This document shows positions 31,149-40,805 of a DNA stretch of 64,000 nt, one piece after another. The position numbers were made by a program, and so were the translations under genes. The DNA is from an uncultured delta proteobacterium. Lineage in GTDB: Bacteria; Myxococcota_A; Polyangia; Fen-1088. The notes beneath the pieces were generated by a model, which did no database searches, was not told the origin of the DNA, and saw nothing but the letters and a program-made list of their open reading frames with translations. Where the stretch lies: positions 704,001 through 768,000 of the forward strand of contig CAVYGB010000008.1 of the NCBI GenBank assembly GCA_963767925.1. The letters are read 5' to 3'. Each line of letters starts with the position of its first letter. Position 1 is the stretch's first letter.

Positions 31149-33809
31149 ATGACGGGGCGCTTCCCGCGACAATTCGGAAAGTACGTTCTCCTGAAGGCTC
31201 TCGCCAAGGGAGGTATGGGAGAGATCTATCTGGCGGTCGGGGGCGACGTCGGCGGCTTCGAGAAGCTCTGCGTGATCAAGAAGGTGATCACCGAGAAGGC
31301 CGACCGGACCAAGTCCAACCGGTTCCTGGACGAGGCCAAGGTGGTCCTGCGCCTGGCTCACTCGGCCCTCGTCAACACCTTCGACGCGGGTGAGGTCGCC
31401 GGCGAGTTTTACATCGCCATGGAGCTGGTCGAGGGCAAGGACCTGCGCGAGGTCTGGAACCGCTGCGTCCGCACCCGCCAGCGCATCCCCCTCGACGTCG
31501 CCCTGCACGTGGTGCGGGAGGTGGCCCGGGCGCTGGCCTACGTCCACAACTACGGCGACCTCAAGCTGGTCCACCGCGACGTGGCCCCGCCCAACATGTT
31601 GCTCTCGTACGTGGGCGACGTGAAGCTGACCGACTTCGGCCTGGCCCGCAGCGTGCTCAAGCAGGAGCACACCGCCCCCGGGGTTGTGTTCGGGCGGGCG
31701 GCTTACCTGGCGCCCGAGCAGGCCCGGGGCGAGATGGCCGACGCCCGGACCGACGTCTACACCCTGGGGATCGTGCTCTGGGAGCTGCTCACCGGGCAGC
31801 AGTACCTGCAGCTCAGCGGGCTGGATCCGGCGGCGGCGCTGGCCCTCGTGCGCCACCCCCGGGTGATCGCCCCCTCGACCCGGGCCCCCTGGATCACCCC
31901 CGCCCTCGACCAGGTCACGCTGCTGGCCCTGGCCCCCGATCGCGAGCGGCGCTTCCGCTCGGCCGAGGAGATGCGGCAAGCGCTCACAACCGTGATCGCC
32001 GAGATCGCCCCCACCGCCGACTCCTCCCGGGTCTCGGAGTTCATGAAGAGCATCTACGGCGAGACCATCGCCGAGGAGCGGGCCGAGCGGGAGCGCTTCC
32101 TCAAGGAAGTGATCCCCGAGTTCCGGTCGGGACCGGGGCGCGGGCCGGGCCGGCCCACCCCACCCGAGATAGAGGCCCATCCGCGCCCCTCCGAGGTGGT
32201 CTTCGATCCGACCCATTCGAGCGAACGCATCTTCGGGCCCCCGCTGGACGATCCCGCCGTCGACGAAGGTGTCACCGCCGGTCCGGAGCTGATCCCCGCC
32301 GGCGCCGCCTCGGACGACGGCGGAGAGGAAGCCGCCGACAAGACGCCGCCGCCGGGCACCGCCCCCGCTCCCCAGGAGCGGACGGGCGGGGAAAGTGGCA
32401 CGACCGGCGGCTCGTCCCCCCTGTTTGCCCGGCGCTACAAGGTCGGGGCCCTCGTCCTCGAGACGCCGGTGGAGACGCTCTACGCGGCCACCGACCTGCG
32501 CTCGCGGGCGGCGGTGACCCTCCACGTGTTGCGCGCCTTGCCCGAGCCCTCCGCCATCCCGGCCTGGCAGGAGGCGGTACGGACCATGGGCGGCGTCCGC
32601 CACCCCCACGTCGCCCCGGTCCTCGATGTCGGCGCCAACGAGGAGGGCCGCCCTTACGTGGCCTACGAGACGCTGACCGGCCACGACCTCGGCGCCCTGC
32701 TCGCCCGCGAGCCCCGCCGGCCGGCCACCGCCGCCCTGCGGATCGCGCTGCAGCTCACCCGGGCCCTGTCGGCCAGCCACGGCGCGGGGGTGATGCACGG
32801 CTGGCTGCGGCCCGTGGCGGTGTTCGTGGCTCCCGCGACCCACGCCCTGAAGCTCTTCGGCTTCGCCACCGCCCGGCTGTACGGCTGGGACGACCGCAGC
32901 GAGGGGGCGGGCTCCCGCTACCCGGCCGGCGTGGTCGAGTACCTGGCGCCCGAGCAGCTCCGGGGGGCGCCGCCCGACGTCCGCACCGACCTCTACAGCG
33001 TGGGGGCCGTCCTATACGAGCTCCTCACCGGCGTTCCCGCCCACACCGGCAAGCGGGAGGTGCTCGAGCGCAAGAAGCAGAGCCCCCCCCAGTCGCCGCG
33101 CCTGTTCCGCCCGGATCTGCCGGTGGAGATCGAGCAGCTCCTGTTCCGGCTGCTCGACCCCGATCCCCACCGCCGCCCCGGCAGCGCCGAGGAGCTCGAG
33201 GATCTGCTGGCCAACCTGGTTCGCAGCGTCGGCGGTCAGGAGCCGGAGGGCCCCCAGCAGACCGACGACCAGCGCCGCCGCCACCGGCGCGACGCCGCCT
33301 TCCGGGTCATCGGAGAGATGGTCACTTCCAGCAACAAGGAGGCGGCCACTCCGCCGCGTCCCACGCCGCCGCCGCTGCCGCCCAAGGCCCGAACGCTCGG
33401 CCAGCGCTCCGGCGAGCGACCGCTGGGGCTGGCCGGCGGCGACGGATCGCCAGCCAGCGGCCCGCTGCGGGCGCGCAGCCAGCCGCCGCCCCCCCCGCTC
33501 GAGGCCCTCGCCCCGGGCAAGCCCAGCCTCCCGCAGCCGAGCCGGGCCACGCCTCGCCCCCGGCTGCCCGGCCGCGCCCAGGGCGTGGTGGTCCCCCCGC
33601 TGCCCGCGGTCCCCCTGCTGTTCACCTCGGCGCTGGGGCCGACCGCCACCGCCCCCTCGCTCGACGGCGGCCTGATGAGCAGCTACGGCAGCGGCGGCTC
33701 CGACCCGGCGACCGGCGGACGGCGGCGGCGCTGGATCCTGGTGCTGGCGGTGGTCCTGGCCGGGGCGGCCGCCCTGGTCAGCGTCTTCCGGCTGCTCAAC
33801 GTCGGGTGA
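31149..33809 (+). CDS. Ser/Thr kinase plus pseudokinase domain, C-terminal TM
   Basis: Domain 1 HRDVAPPN/DFG; domain 2 HGWLRP/KLFGF. Confidence 0.88.
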   Translation: MTGRFPRQFGKYVLLKALAKGGMGEIYLAVGGDVGGFEKLCVIKKVITEKADRTKSNRFLDEAKVVLRLAHSALVNTFDAGEVAGEFYIAMELVEGKDLREVWNRCVRTRQRIPLDVALHVVREVARALAYVHNYGDLKLVHRDVAPPNMLLSYVGDVKLTDFGLARSVLKQEHTAPGVVFGRAAYLAPEQARGEMADARTDVYTLGIVLWELLTGQQYLQLSGLDPAAALALVRHPRVIAPSTRAPWITPALDQVTLLALAPDRERRFRSAEEMRQALTTVIAEIAPTADSSRVSEFMKSIYGETIAEERAERERFLKEVIPEFRSGPGRGPGRPTPPEIEAHPRPSEVVFDPTHSSERIFGPPLDDPAVDEGVTAGPELIPAGAASDDGGEEAADKTPPPGTAPAPQERTGGESGTTGGSSPLFARRYKVGALVLETPVETLYAATDLRSRAAVTLHVLRALPEPSAIPAWQEAVRTMGGVRHPHVAPVLDVGANEEGRPYVAYETLTGHDLGALLAREPRRPATAALRIALQLTRALSASHGAGVMHGWLRPVAVFVAPATHALKLFGFATARLYGWDDRSEGAGSRYPAGVVEYLAPEQLRGAPPDVRTDLYSVGAVLYELLTGVPAHTGKREVLERKKQSPPQSPRLFRPDLPVEIEQLLFRLLDPDPHRRPGSAEELEDLLANLVRSVGGQEPEGPQQTDDQRRRHRRDAAFRVIGEMVTSSNKEAATPPRPTPPPLPPKARTLGQRSGERPLGLAGGDGSPASGPLRARSQPPPPPLEALAPGKPSLPQPSRATPRPRLPGRAQGVVVPPLPAVPLLFTSALGPTATAPSLDGGLMSSYGSGGSDPATGGRRRRWILVLAVVLAGAAALVSVFRLLNVG

Positions 33810-34434
33810 GGCGGGCGGCCAGCAGCACCATGGCCTGCATGGCCAGGGCGCGGTCGCCCTCGACCGCCAGCTTGCGCTCGAGCAGCGCCTGCAGGGGCGG
33901 CAGCTTGCCCTCGCGCAAGCCGTCGTAGGTGGCGGCCTCCACCCGCACGGTGGCCCGGGCGCGCCCCGCCGACAGCCCGGCCTTTCCGACCGCCAGATCG
34001 AGGGCCCAGCGGCGGCGCCGCCGGCCCATCACCTCGACCAGCAGCCGGCCGTCGATCTGACGGAGCAGATCCCGGTCGCGGGGATCGAGGAAGAGCAGCT
34101 CGAGCGGCCCCATGTTCGCGGGCAGCAGCTCGGGCAAGTCGGGATCTCCGACGAGGGTGGCGAGGAAGTCGGGGGCCGATTGCCGCAGCCACAGCTGGCC
34201 CCGGGGCGCCGGCGGGCGGGGCCCGCGGGGATCGGCGGCGGGGACGGGCCGGACCAGGAGCTGGCTCTCGCTCGGCTCGAGCTCCCACTGGCCGCCGCCC
34301 TCGCCCGTGAGGGTCACGGCGACCGTCCAGGCCTCGGCCGGCGCCCGGCAGCCGGCGGCGACGTAGGCCGCTGGCAGCCAGCCCTCGAAGAATCCGGCCG
34401 GCGTGACGTCCGGGGGGGGACGGCGCTCAGCCAC
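33796..34434 (-). CDS. SCP2 sterol-carrier-like domain protein
   Basis: G.GGG.W; L..GKL.P.QALL..KL.VEGD.ALAM. Confidence 0.7.
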   Translation of the reverse strand: MAERRPPPDVTPAGFFEGWLPAAYVAAGCRAPAEAWTVAVTLTGEGGGQWELEPSESQLLVRPVPAADPRGPRPPAPRGQLWLRQSAPDFLATLVGDPDLPELLPANMGPLELLFLDPRDRDLLRQIDGRLLVEVMGRRRRRWALDLAVGKAGLSAGRARATVRVEAATYDGLREGKLPPLQALLERKLAVEGDRALAMQAMVLLAARLTRR

Positions 34435-36577
34435 GGGGCCGGCGACTCCCCTTGCTGCCCCGGCGCACGGTCGGCCGGGACCGATCCCGGGCGCCGGCGG
34501 CGGGCTTGCGTTTGCCGCCGGCGCGGGCGCCCTTGTCCCGCGCCGATCGGGCGCCGTCCGTGCCGCGGTCGCGCTTCTTGCCGGGGACGGTCTGGGTCTT
34601 GTGCCCGTGGAGGCGGAGGTCGATCTTGCGCCGGGCCACGCTGACCGAGAGCACCTCGACCGACACGGTGTCCCCGAGGGCGAAGGAGCGGCCCGAGCGC
34701 CGGCCCACCAAACGCAGGGTCTGCTCGTCGTAGCTGAAGATGTCGTCGCCCAGCTCCTCGACCCGCACCAGCCCCTCGACGTAGGGCTCGTCGGCCGCCA
34801 CGAAGATGCCGAACGAGGTCACCGCCGAGATGGTCCCCGTCAGGACGTCGCCGACCCGATCCCGCATGAAGAAGGCCCGGTAGAGGTCGGTGACCTCGCG
34901 CTCGATCTCCATGGCCTTGCGCTCGGAGAAAGAGGACTCCGCCGCGATGGTGACCAGGAGGGTCGTCTCGTCCTCGCCGGTAGGAGGGCCGAAGCCCCCG
35001 GCCGGCCGGCCGATCAGCGCCAGCCGCTGCTTCAGGCGGCGGTGGGCCACGATGTCCGGGTAGCGCCGGATGGGGGAGGTGAAGTGCACGTAGGCCTGGG
35101 AGGCCAGCCCGAAGTGGCCCACGTTGACCACGTCGTAGCTGGCCTGCTTGAGCGAGCGGAGGAGCTGGAAGGACAGGGGCTTCTCCGCGGGGTGCCCCTT
35201 GAGCTTGCCCAGCAGGCGGGACAGCCCCTTGGGCGTGCGCGCCTCGTCCAGATCGAAGGGGAGGCCGTAGCTCTGGGCGATGGCGGCGAAGGTCTCCAGC
35301 TTGACCGCGTCGGGCGCGTCGTGGATCCGCCAGAGTACCGCCTCGTTGCGGGCCTGGAAGCTCTCGCCGACCGCCTCGTTTGCCGCCAGCATGAACTCCT
35401 CGATCATGGCGTAGGCCTGGCGTTCGCCTGGATCCCGCCGGGAGCGGCGCACGTCGCGCACCAGCCGGGGATCGTCGTTGTCCAGCTCGACCACCGGTTC
35501 GGGCAGGTCCAGCTCGAGGGCGCCCCGCGCGAACCGGCGGACCCGCAGCTTGCGGGCCAGGGCGTCCATGGTCTGCAGGCTGGGCACGAACGGCTCGTAC
35601 CGCTTGCGGCGACCGCGGGTCTCGCCCTCGAGGGCCGCGCCCACCCCGGCGTAGTCCAGCCGGGCCCGCGAGTGGATCACCGCCGCCATGAAGTCGGTGT
35701 CGCGGGGAACCCCCTCGCGATCGAAGTCGATCCGCACCACCATGGCCAGCCGGTCCGCCTCCGGGACCAGCGAGCAGATGTTGGCCGAGAGCCCCTCGGG
35801 CAACATGGGGATGGCCCGGTTGGGCAGGTACACGCTGCAGGCCCGCCGGCGGGCCTCGAGGTCGAGCGCGCTGTCCAGGCGGACGTAGTGGGAGACGTCG
35901 GCCACCGCCACCCAGAGCCGGCTGACGCCGTCGGGCAGGGACTCGACCGTGACGGCGTCGTCGAAGTCGCGCGCCGTCTCGGGGTCGATGGTCAAGAAGG
36001 GGACGTGGCGCAGGTCGACCCGGTCCTTGCGGTCGTTGGGACGGACCTCCTCGGGCACGTGGCTGCCCGCCCGGGCCACCGGCGCCGGGAACTCCTCGGT
36101 GACGTCGGCGCAGGCCAGGATCTTCTCGACCTCGGTGCGCGGATCGTCGGGATCGCCGAGCACCTTGCGGACCTCGACCTCCATGGCGTCCTGGGGGTGT
36201 TCGGGGTAGCGGGCGATGTCCGCCACCACCGACTGGCCGGCTTTCGCCCCGTGCGGTCCCCCCCGCAGCAGCACGGGCCCGCTGATGCGCGGGTCGTCGG
36301 GGACCAGGTGGATGTTCTTGCCGGCGCCCTCGATCTGTCCGGTGATCTTGCCCCGTCCCCGCTCGAGCACCTTGCGGACGCGCCCCTCCAGGCCGCGCCC
36401 GCCCACCCACCACTCGACCTCGACCCGGTCGGCGTCCATGGCGGCGCCCCGCGAGCGGGCGTTCACGTGAATGTCTTCGGTGTGGTCCTCGGGGACCACG
36501 AAGGCATAACCGTCCGGGTGGACCTTGATCCGCCCCGTCACCACCCGCGCCGGGCCGTCGCCCTCATCCAGGCTCAT
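34427..36577 (-). CDS. rnr: Ribonuclease R
   Basis: TIDPETARDFDDA, ADVSHYV, IEEFMLAANE, HFTSPIRRYPD, S1 domain, basic tail. Confidence 0.93.
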   Translation of the reverse strand: MSLDEGDGPARVVTGRIKVHPDGYAFVVPEDHTEDIHVNARSRGAAMDADRVEVEWWVGGRGLEGRVRKVLERGRGKITGQIEGAGKNIHLVPDDPRISGPVLLRGGPHGAKAGQSVVADIARYPEHPQDAMEVEVRKVLGDPDDPRTEVEKILACADVTEEFPAPVARAGSHVPEEVRPNDRKDRVDLRHVPFLTIDPETARDFDDAVTVESLPDGVSRLWVAVADVSHYVRLDSALDLEARRRACSVYLPNRAIPMLPEGLSANICSLVPEADRLAMVVRIDFDREGVPRDTDFMAAVIHSRARLDYAGVGAALEGETRGRRKRYEPFVPSLQTMDALARKLRVRRFARGALELDLPEPVVELDNDDPRLVRDVRRSRRDPGERQAYAMIEEFMLAANEAVGESFQARNEAVLWRIHDAPDAVKLETFAAIAQSYGLPFDLDEARTPKGLSRLLGKLKGHPAEKPLSFQLLRSLKQASYDVVNVGHFGLASQAYVHFTSPIRRYPDIVAHRRLKQRLALIGRPAGGFGPPTGEDETTLLVTIAAESSFSERKAMEIEREVTDLYRAFFMRDRVGDVLTGTISAVTSFGIFVAADEPYVEGLVRVEELGDDIFSYDEQTLRLVGRRSGRSFALGDTVSVEVLSVSVARRKIDLRLHGHKTQTVPGKKRDRGTDGARSARDKGARAGGKRKPAAGARDRSRPTVRRGSKGSRRPRG

Positions 36578-36605
36578 CTTGTTCTCGTTTCGTTCGTGTC
36601 GTGAT

Positions 36606-37955
36606 TCATCGAAATGCGTAGAGCTTGCGGTCGTCGGCGCCGACGTAGATCGTTCCATCGGCGCCCAGCACCGGCGAGCTGTCGACGTCGCCGCCCAGGT
36701 CGAGCGACCAGCGGGTGTGGCCGTTGGACTCCAGGGCGTACACCCGGTCGTCCTGCGACCCGAACAGCACCGCGCCTCCGGCGTCGACCAGCGCGGAGGA
36801 GACGATGCGATCCCCGGCCCGAAAGGTCCAGCGCAAGGTCCCGTCGGGCTGGACCGCGTAGAGCAGCCCGTCGAACCCGCCCACGTAGATGGTCCCGTCC
36901 AGGCCGATGGCGGGGGAGGCCCGGATGTCGCCCCCGGCGTTGAAGGCCCAGTGCAGGGCCCCATCGGGAGAGAGCGCGTACAGCTTCTGATCGTCGGAGC
37001 CGATGTAGATCGTCCCGTCCTCGGCGATGGCGGCCGTCGACTCGACGTCGTCACCGGCCCGGAAGTCCCAGCGCTTGGCGCCGCTCGGCGTGATGCCGTA
37101 GATGAGGTTGTCCTGGCAGCCCACCACCACCGTGCCGTTGGGCAGGAGGCTGGGGGCGCTCCCCACGTGGCCGCCGGTGGCGAAGCGCCACTTCAACGAG
37201 CCGTCCGGGTTGAGGGCGAACACCCCGTCGCCGCCCAGATAGATGGTGCCATCGGGTCCGATGGTGGGACCGCCATCGACGTCGCAGCGGCTGTTGTCGG
37301 GGCCGGGTGGGCCTGCCCGGCAAGCGCCGACCCGGAAGCGCCAGAGCTCCCGCCGGGCGACCGGATCGAGGGCGTAAAGATGATCGTCGTCGGACCCGAT
37401 GTAGACCACACCGGTCGCCGAGATGGCGGGGGAGCCGAACACCATGTCCTGGGTGAGGAACACCCAGTTGAGCCGACCCTCCGGGCTGATGAAGTGGGCC
37501 CGGCCGTCCTGGCTGCCCACCACCAGCCAGCCCTGGCTGCTGACCGCCGCCGACGAGCTGACCGGGCCCCGGGTCTCGTAGGCCCAGCGCAGCTCGGGAC
37601 GCCGGGGCGGCAGCCGGTAACGAGAACGGCCGCGGTGCTGGGCATCGAAGCGAAACATCGCCTGGGGGATCGCGGCCGGCGGGGCGGCCACCGGCTCGGC
37701 AGCCGTCACCTCGGGCGCGGCCGGGGTGTCCTCGGGAACCTCGGGGGGCGGGACCCCCAGCACCCGGGGGGCCGCGTTGGCCCCTGGCTGGACGGGCCAC
37801 ACACAGCGGCCCTCGTCGCAGACCCGGTCGAGCTTGCAGTCGAAGTCGGATCGACAGGGCGGCGGCGCCGCCAGGTGGGCGCAGGCCGGGACGAGCAGGA
37901 GCAGTCCGAGCCTGACGATGGATGCGTGGATGGAGGTGCGGCTGGTCTCGGTCAT
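36606..37955 (-). CDS. PQQ-like beta-propeller repeat lipoprotein
   Basis: Repeated SP.I..DGTIY.G..D..LYA...DG...W.F; VPAC lipobox. Confidence 0.85.
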   Translation of the reverse strand: MTETSRTSIHASIVRLGLLLLVPACAHLAAPPPCRSDFDCKLDRVCDEGRCVWPVQPGANAAPRVLGVPPPEVPEDTPAAPEVTAAEPVAAPPAAIPQAMFRFDAQHRGRSRYRLPPRRPELRWAYETRGPVSSSAAVSSQGWLVVGSQDGRAHFISPEGRLNWVFLTQDMVFGSPAISATGVVYIGSDDDHLYALDPVARRELWRFRVGACRAGPPGPDNSRCDVDGGPTIGPDGTIYLGGDGVFALNPDGSLKWRFATGGHVGSAPSLLPNGTVVVGCQDNLIYGITPSGAKRWDFRAGDDVESTAAIAEDGTIYIGSDDQKLYALSPDGALHWAFNAGGDIRASPAIGLDGTIYVGGFDGLLYAVQPDGTLRWTFRAGDRIVSSALVDAGGAVLFGSQDDRVYALESNGHTRWSLDLGGDVDSSPVLGADGTIYVGADDRKLYAFR

Positions 37956-38012
37956 GGGAAGGCCAACGCCGGTCGGCTGGAAGTTTTATCCCTCATCACG
38001 CCGGCAATGGCG

Positions 38013-38783
38013 CTAGTAAAACACGAGGGTGAGACCGAGGCCGTTCTGGAAGTAGCTGCCACCTGGAAAGCGAGCTATGCCGCTCGACCATTCCACGCCG
38101 AGGGCCACGCTCTCGCCCTGGACGATCTCGACTCCCAGGCCAGCGACGAAGGCCTGTCCGGCCGAGCCGTCGTAGGTCTCGTAGCTGGTCTCCTCGTTGA
38201 CGGTAGCCAGGCCGATGCCGGCGCGGGCGTAGAACCGGCGCGCGAAGAAGAACTGCGCGCCGAGTAGATAGTTGGTCTGGGTCAGCTCGGGCGCGCCGAT
38301 GGTGGCGCCGTCGAGGCCCAGAAAGACGATCCAGTTCCGGCTCACCCCGAAGCCCACCCGGGCCAGGTAGGTCAGACCGCCCTCGTGCTCGCGCGGCCGC
38401 GGCAGCGACAGCCAGCCCGACCCCAGGCCGAGCGCGATGGTGAAAGATCGATAGATTCCGCGCGCGGCGGCCGGCGCCGCTGGGTAGTAGTAGGGCAGGG
38501 GTGGCGCCTGCGGATAGCCCGGCGGCGGTCCGTAGGGATACGGGTAAGGGTAGGGCGCCGGGTAAGGCACCGGCGTGGGGCCCGGTGAAGGGACGGGCGC
38601 GGGGGCCGGCGGAGGCGCGTCGGGCGTGGGAGGAGGCGGAGACGGTGGCGGCAGCGGCGCGCTGGGGTCTGGCTCCGGCGGTGGCGACGCCGGCGCCTGC
38701 GCGCCTTGTTGCGCGAAGGCAGCGGCGTGAATCAGCGCCACGCCGACGGCGGCGCGGAGACCGGTCTTGAGAACGCCCAACAT
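38013..38783 (-). CDS. Pro-rich outer-membrane beta-barrel protein
   Basis: Signal peptide, Pro/Tyr-rich linker, beta strands ending in FY. Confidence 0.7.
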   Translation of the reverse strand: MLGVLKTGLRAAVGVALIHAAAFAQQGAQAPASPPPEPDPSAPLPPPSPPPPTPDAPPPAPAPVPSPGPTPVPYPAPYPYPYPYGPPPGYPQAPPLPYYYPAAPAAARGIYRSFTIALGLGSGWLSLPRPREHEGGLTYLARVGFGVSRNWIVFLGLDGATIGAPELTQTNYLLGAQFFFARRFYARAGIGLATVNEETSYETYDGSAGQAFVAGLGVEIVQGESVALGVEWSSGIARFPGGSYFQNGLGLTLVFY

Positions 38784-38801
38784 CTAGAAACACCGAAGGG
38801 T

Positions 38802-38818
38802 ATCAAAACCTGTGCCGA
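38802..38818 (-). promoter_or_regulatory. Candidate sigma54 promoter (variant -12 GA)
   Basis: TCGGCACAGGTTTTGAT = GG-N10-GA, about 20 nt upstream of ATG 38783. Confidence 0.4.
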
Positions 38819-38951
38819 TCATGTAGGCAGATGTCGTCCGGAGACGCCGATCACCGTCCGAAGGCCCGGCCGGGTCCGCCGGGGGGACGCCTGTGACGCT
38901 GGTCGTTCCCCTTCGCGTCGGCGGAGGTCTCCGCAATATACTCTCCGGTCC

Positions 38952-40721
38952 ATGGCGGAATCTCGCTCGGCAGCCGTCCTGGCTGCCCTCCGCGCGGCGG
39001 CTCAACCGGAGCAAGAACGTCACCTGGTGGGTCTGCGCGAGCCCCGGGAGCAGGTCCGGATCGCCGACGCCCTGGCCCCCGAGGGCCGGGTCGTCCGGGA
39101 GGGCTCGACCCGAATCGCCCTCGAGCGGCTGGCCGGCGAGCCGTTCGAGCTGTCGGTGCTCGATCTGGAGGAACGGGAAGGCTTCAATCCCCTGGCCGCG
39201 GGCAAGGAGCTGCGCCCCTTCACCGATTTGCTGTTCCTGATCGAGCCCGACCCGGTCCGCTGCGGGGAGGCCTTCGCCGCCGAGGTCGCCGCGGTCATCC
39301 CGCGGCCGCTGCCCGAGGACGATGCCCTCCTGCGCGCGCACCTGCGCTGGCTGGCCTCCTGCCGCCGCTCTCGGACCCGGGGCGCCCTGCTGCGCAATGC
39401 GCTCTCCCGGCACGGACAGGAGCTGACCGACCGCGAGCCGGCGCTGGCCCAGGCGCTCGCCGAGGTGATCGCAGCCGCCGCCCACGAGCCGACCGTCCTC
39501 GTCATGGGGGACGCCGAGCTGGTCCGGGCCTCGGGCGGGCAGGCGGTCGAATCGGCCCCCGACGTGGCGGTCGTCGCCCTGGCGGCGGTCGACGTCACGG
39601 TCAACCGGCTGCGCGAGGCCCGGAACCGGGCCCCGGGCGCCGCCCTGGTGGTCGTCGACGCCAGCCCCACGCCCGAACGGCTGGCCGGCGCCCTTTACGG
39701 GGGCGCGCGCGCCTACCTCACCAGGGGGCAGATCGCGAGCCTGGGGCGGGTGGTGGCCAGCATCGCCGTGCGACGCAGCGCCGAGCTGTGCGGGCGGCGG
39801 CTCGTCGAGACCCTGGCCCGCTTCGGCGCCCTCGAGCGGGCCGCCGATCGGGAGCCGCCGACCCAGGCCGCCCGTGACCTGCACGCCCGCCTCATCGCCG
39901 ACGCGACCTCCAGCTCGCCGCCTTTCGTCCCCTCCGGTCACGAGGTCCTGCTTGTCGACGACGAGGCCGTCGTGCTCACCGTCTTGCGCGAGGCCTTGCG
40001 TCGCGGTGGCTACCGGGTCACCACGGCCGCCTCGGGAGAGGAGGCGATCGAGCTGATGCAGCGGCGCACCTTCGACCTGGTCCTCACCGACAAGAACCTG
40101 CCCGGCACCTCGGGCCTCGAGGTGGCCCGCATCGCTCGGGCCTTGCCGTCTCCCCCCGCCGTCATCCTGATGACCGGGTATTCCTCCTACGAGTCGGCGG
40201 TCGAGGCGCTCGACATGGGCGCCTACGACTATATCGAGAAGCCGATCGGCGATCTCGACAACCTGCGCTTCCGCGTGCGGCGGGCGCTGTCCCGCCACGA
40301 CGAGCAGCAGTCGCGCGCGCCGGCCGCCACCGACGAGAGCGCGGGCCGGGTCCTGCTGGTGGAGGTGGAGGGGGGCCGGCGGCAGCTCATGGCCGAGTTC
40401 CTGGGCCGTTCTTACCGGGTGGTGGCCGTCTCGGACGGGATCGAAGCGCAGCGCCGGCTCCAGGAAGAACGGTTCGACGTCGTGGTCGCCGATCGCAACC
40501 TGCCGGGCCTCTCGGGCCTGCGCGTGATCGAGCAGGCCCAGCGCCTGCTTCCGCACTGCGCGTGCGTTCTATACACCGCCTATCCGGCCTATGAGACGGT
40601 CAAGGAGGCCTTCGAGCTCGGGGTGGACGCTTTTTGCGTGCGTCCGAGCGAGGACCTCAAGAGCCTGGGCCAAAAAGTTGCCGAAGCTTTGCGCAGCCGC
40701 GGCGGGATCCTCCTCGGTTGA
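38952..40721 (+). CDS. Multi-receiver-domain response regulator without output domain
   Basis: VLLVDDE..TDKNLP..MTG..KP; second REC with ADRNLP; two degenerate N-terminal REC-like segments. Confidence 0.82.
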   Translation: MAESRSAAVLAALRAAAQPEQERHLVGLREPREQVRIADALAPEGRVVREGSTRIALERLAGEPFELSVLDLEEREGFNPLAAGKELRPFTDLLFLIEPDPVRCGEAFAAEVAAVIPRPLPEDDALLRAHLRWLASCRRSRTRGALLRNALSRHGQELTDREPALAQALAEVIAAAAHEPTVLVMGDAELVRASGGQAVESAPDVAVVALAAVDVTVNRLREARNRAPGAALVVVDASPTPERLAGALYGGARAYLTRGQIASLGRVVASIAVRRSAELCGRRLVETLARFGALERAADREPPTQAARDLHARLIADATSSSPPFVPSGHEVLLVDDEAVVLTVLREALRRGGYRVTTAASGEEAIELMQRRTFDLVLTDKNLPGTSGLEVARIARALPSPPAVILMTGYSSYESAVEALDMGAYDYIEKPIGDLDNLRFRVRRALSRHDEQQSRAPAATDESAGRVLLVEVEGGRRQLMAEFLGRSYRVVAVSDGIEAQRRLQEERFDVVVADRNLPGLSGLRVIEQAQRLLPHCACVLYTAYPAYETVKEAFELGVDAFCVRPSEDLKSLGQKVAEALRSRGGILLG

Positions 40722-40761
40722 ACTTTCCGCCATTGACGATGGCGGTCGCAGTTTGATTGAG

Positions 40762-40789
40762 TAAGGTTCTGTTGCTGGTCGGTCGATGA
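40762..40789 (+). promoter_or_regulatory. Candidate sigma28 (FliA) promoter
   Basis: TAAG-N16-GTCGATGA; shares CGGTCGATGA and spacing with the flgM promoter. Confidence 0.6.
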
Positions 40790-40805
40790 CTCGACCAGCG
40801 TTGTC

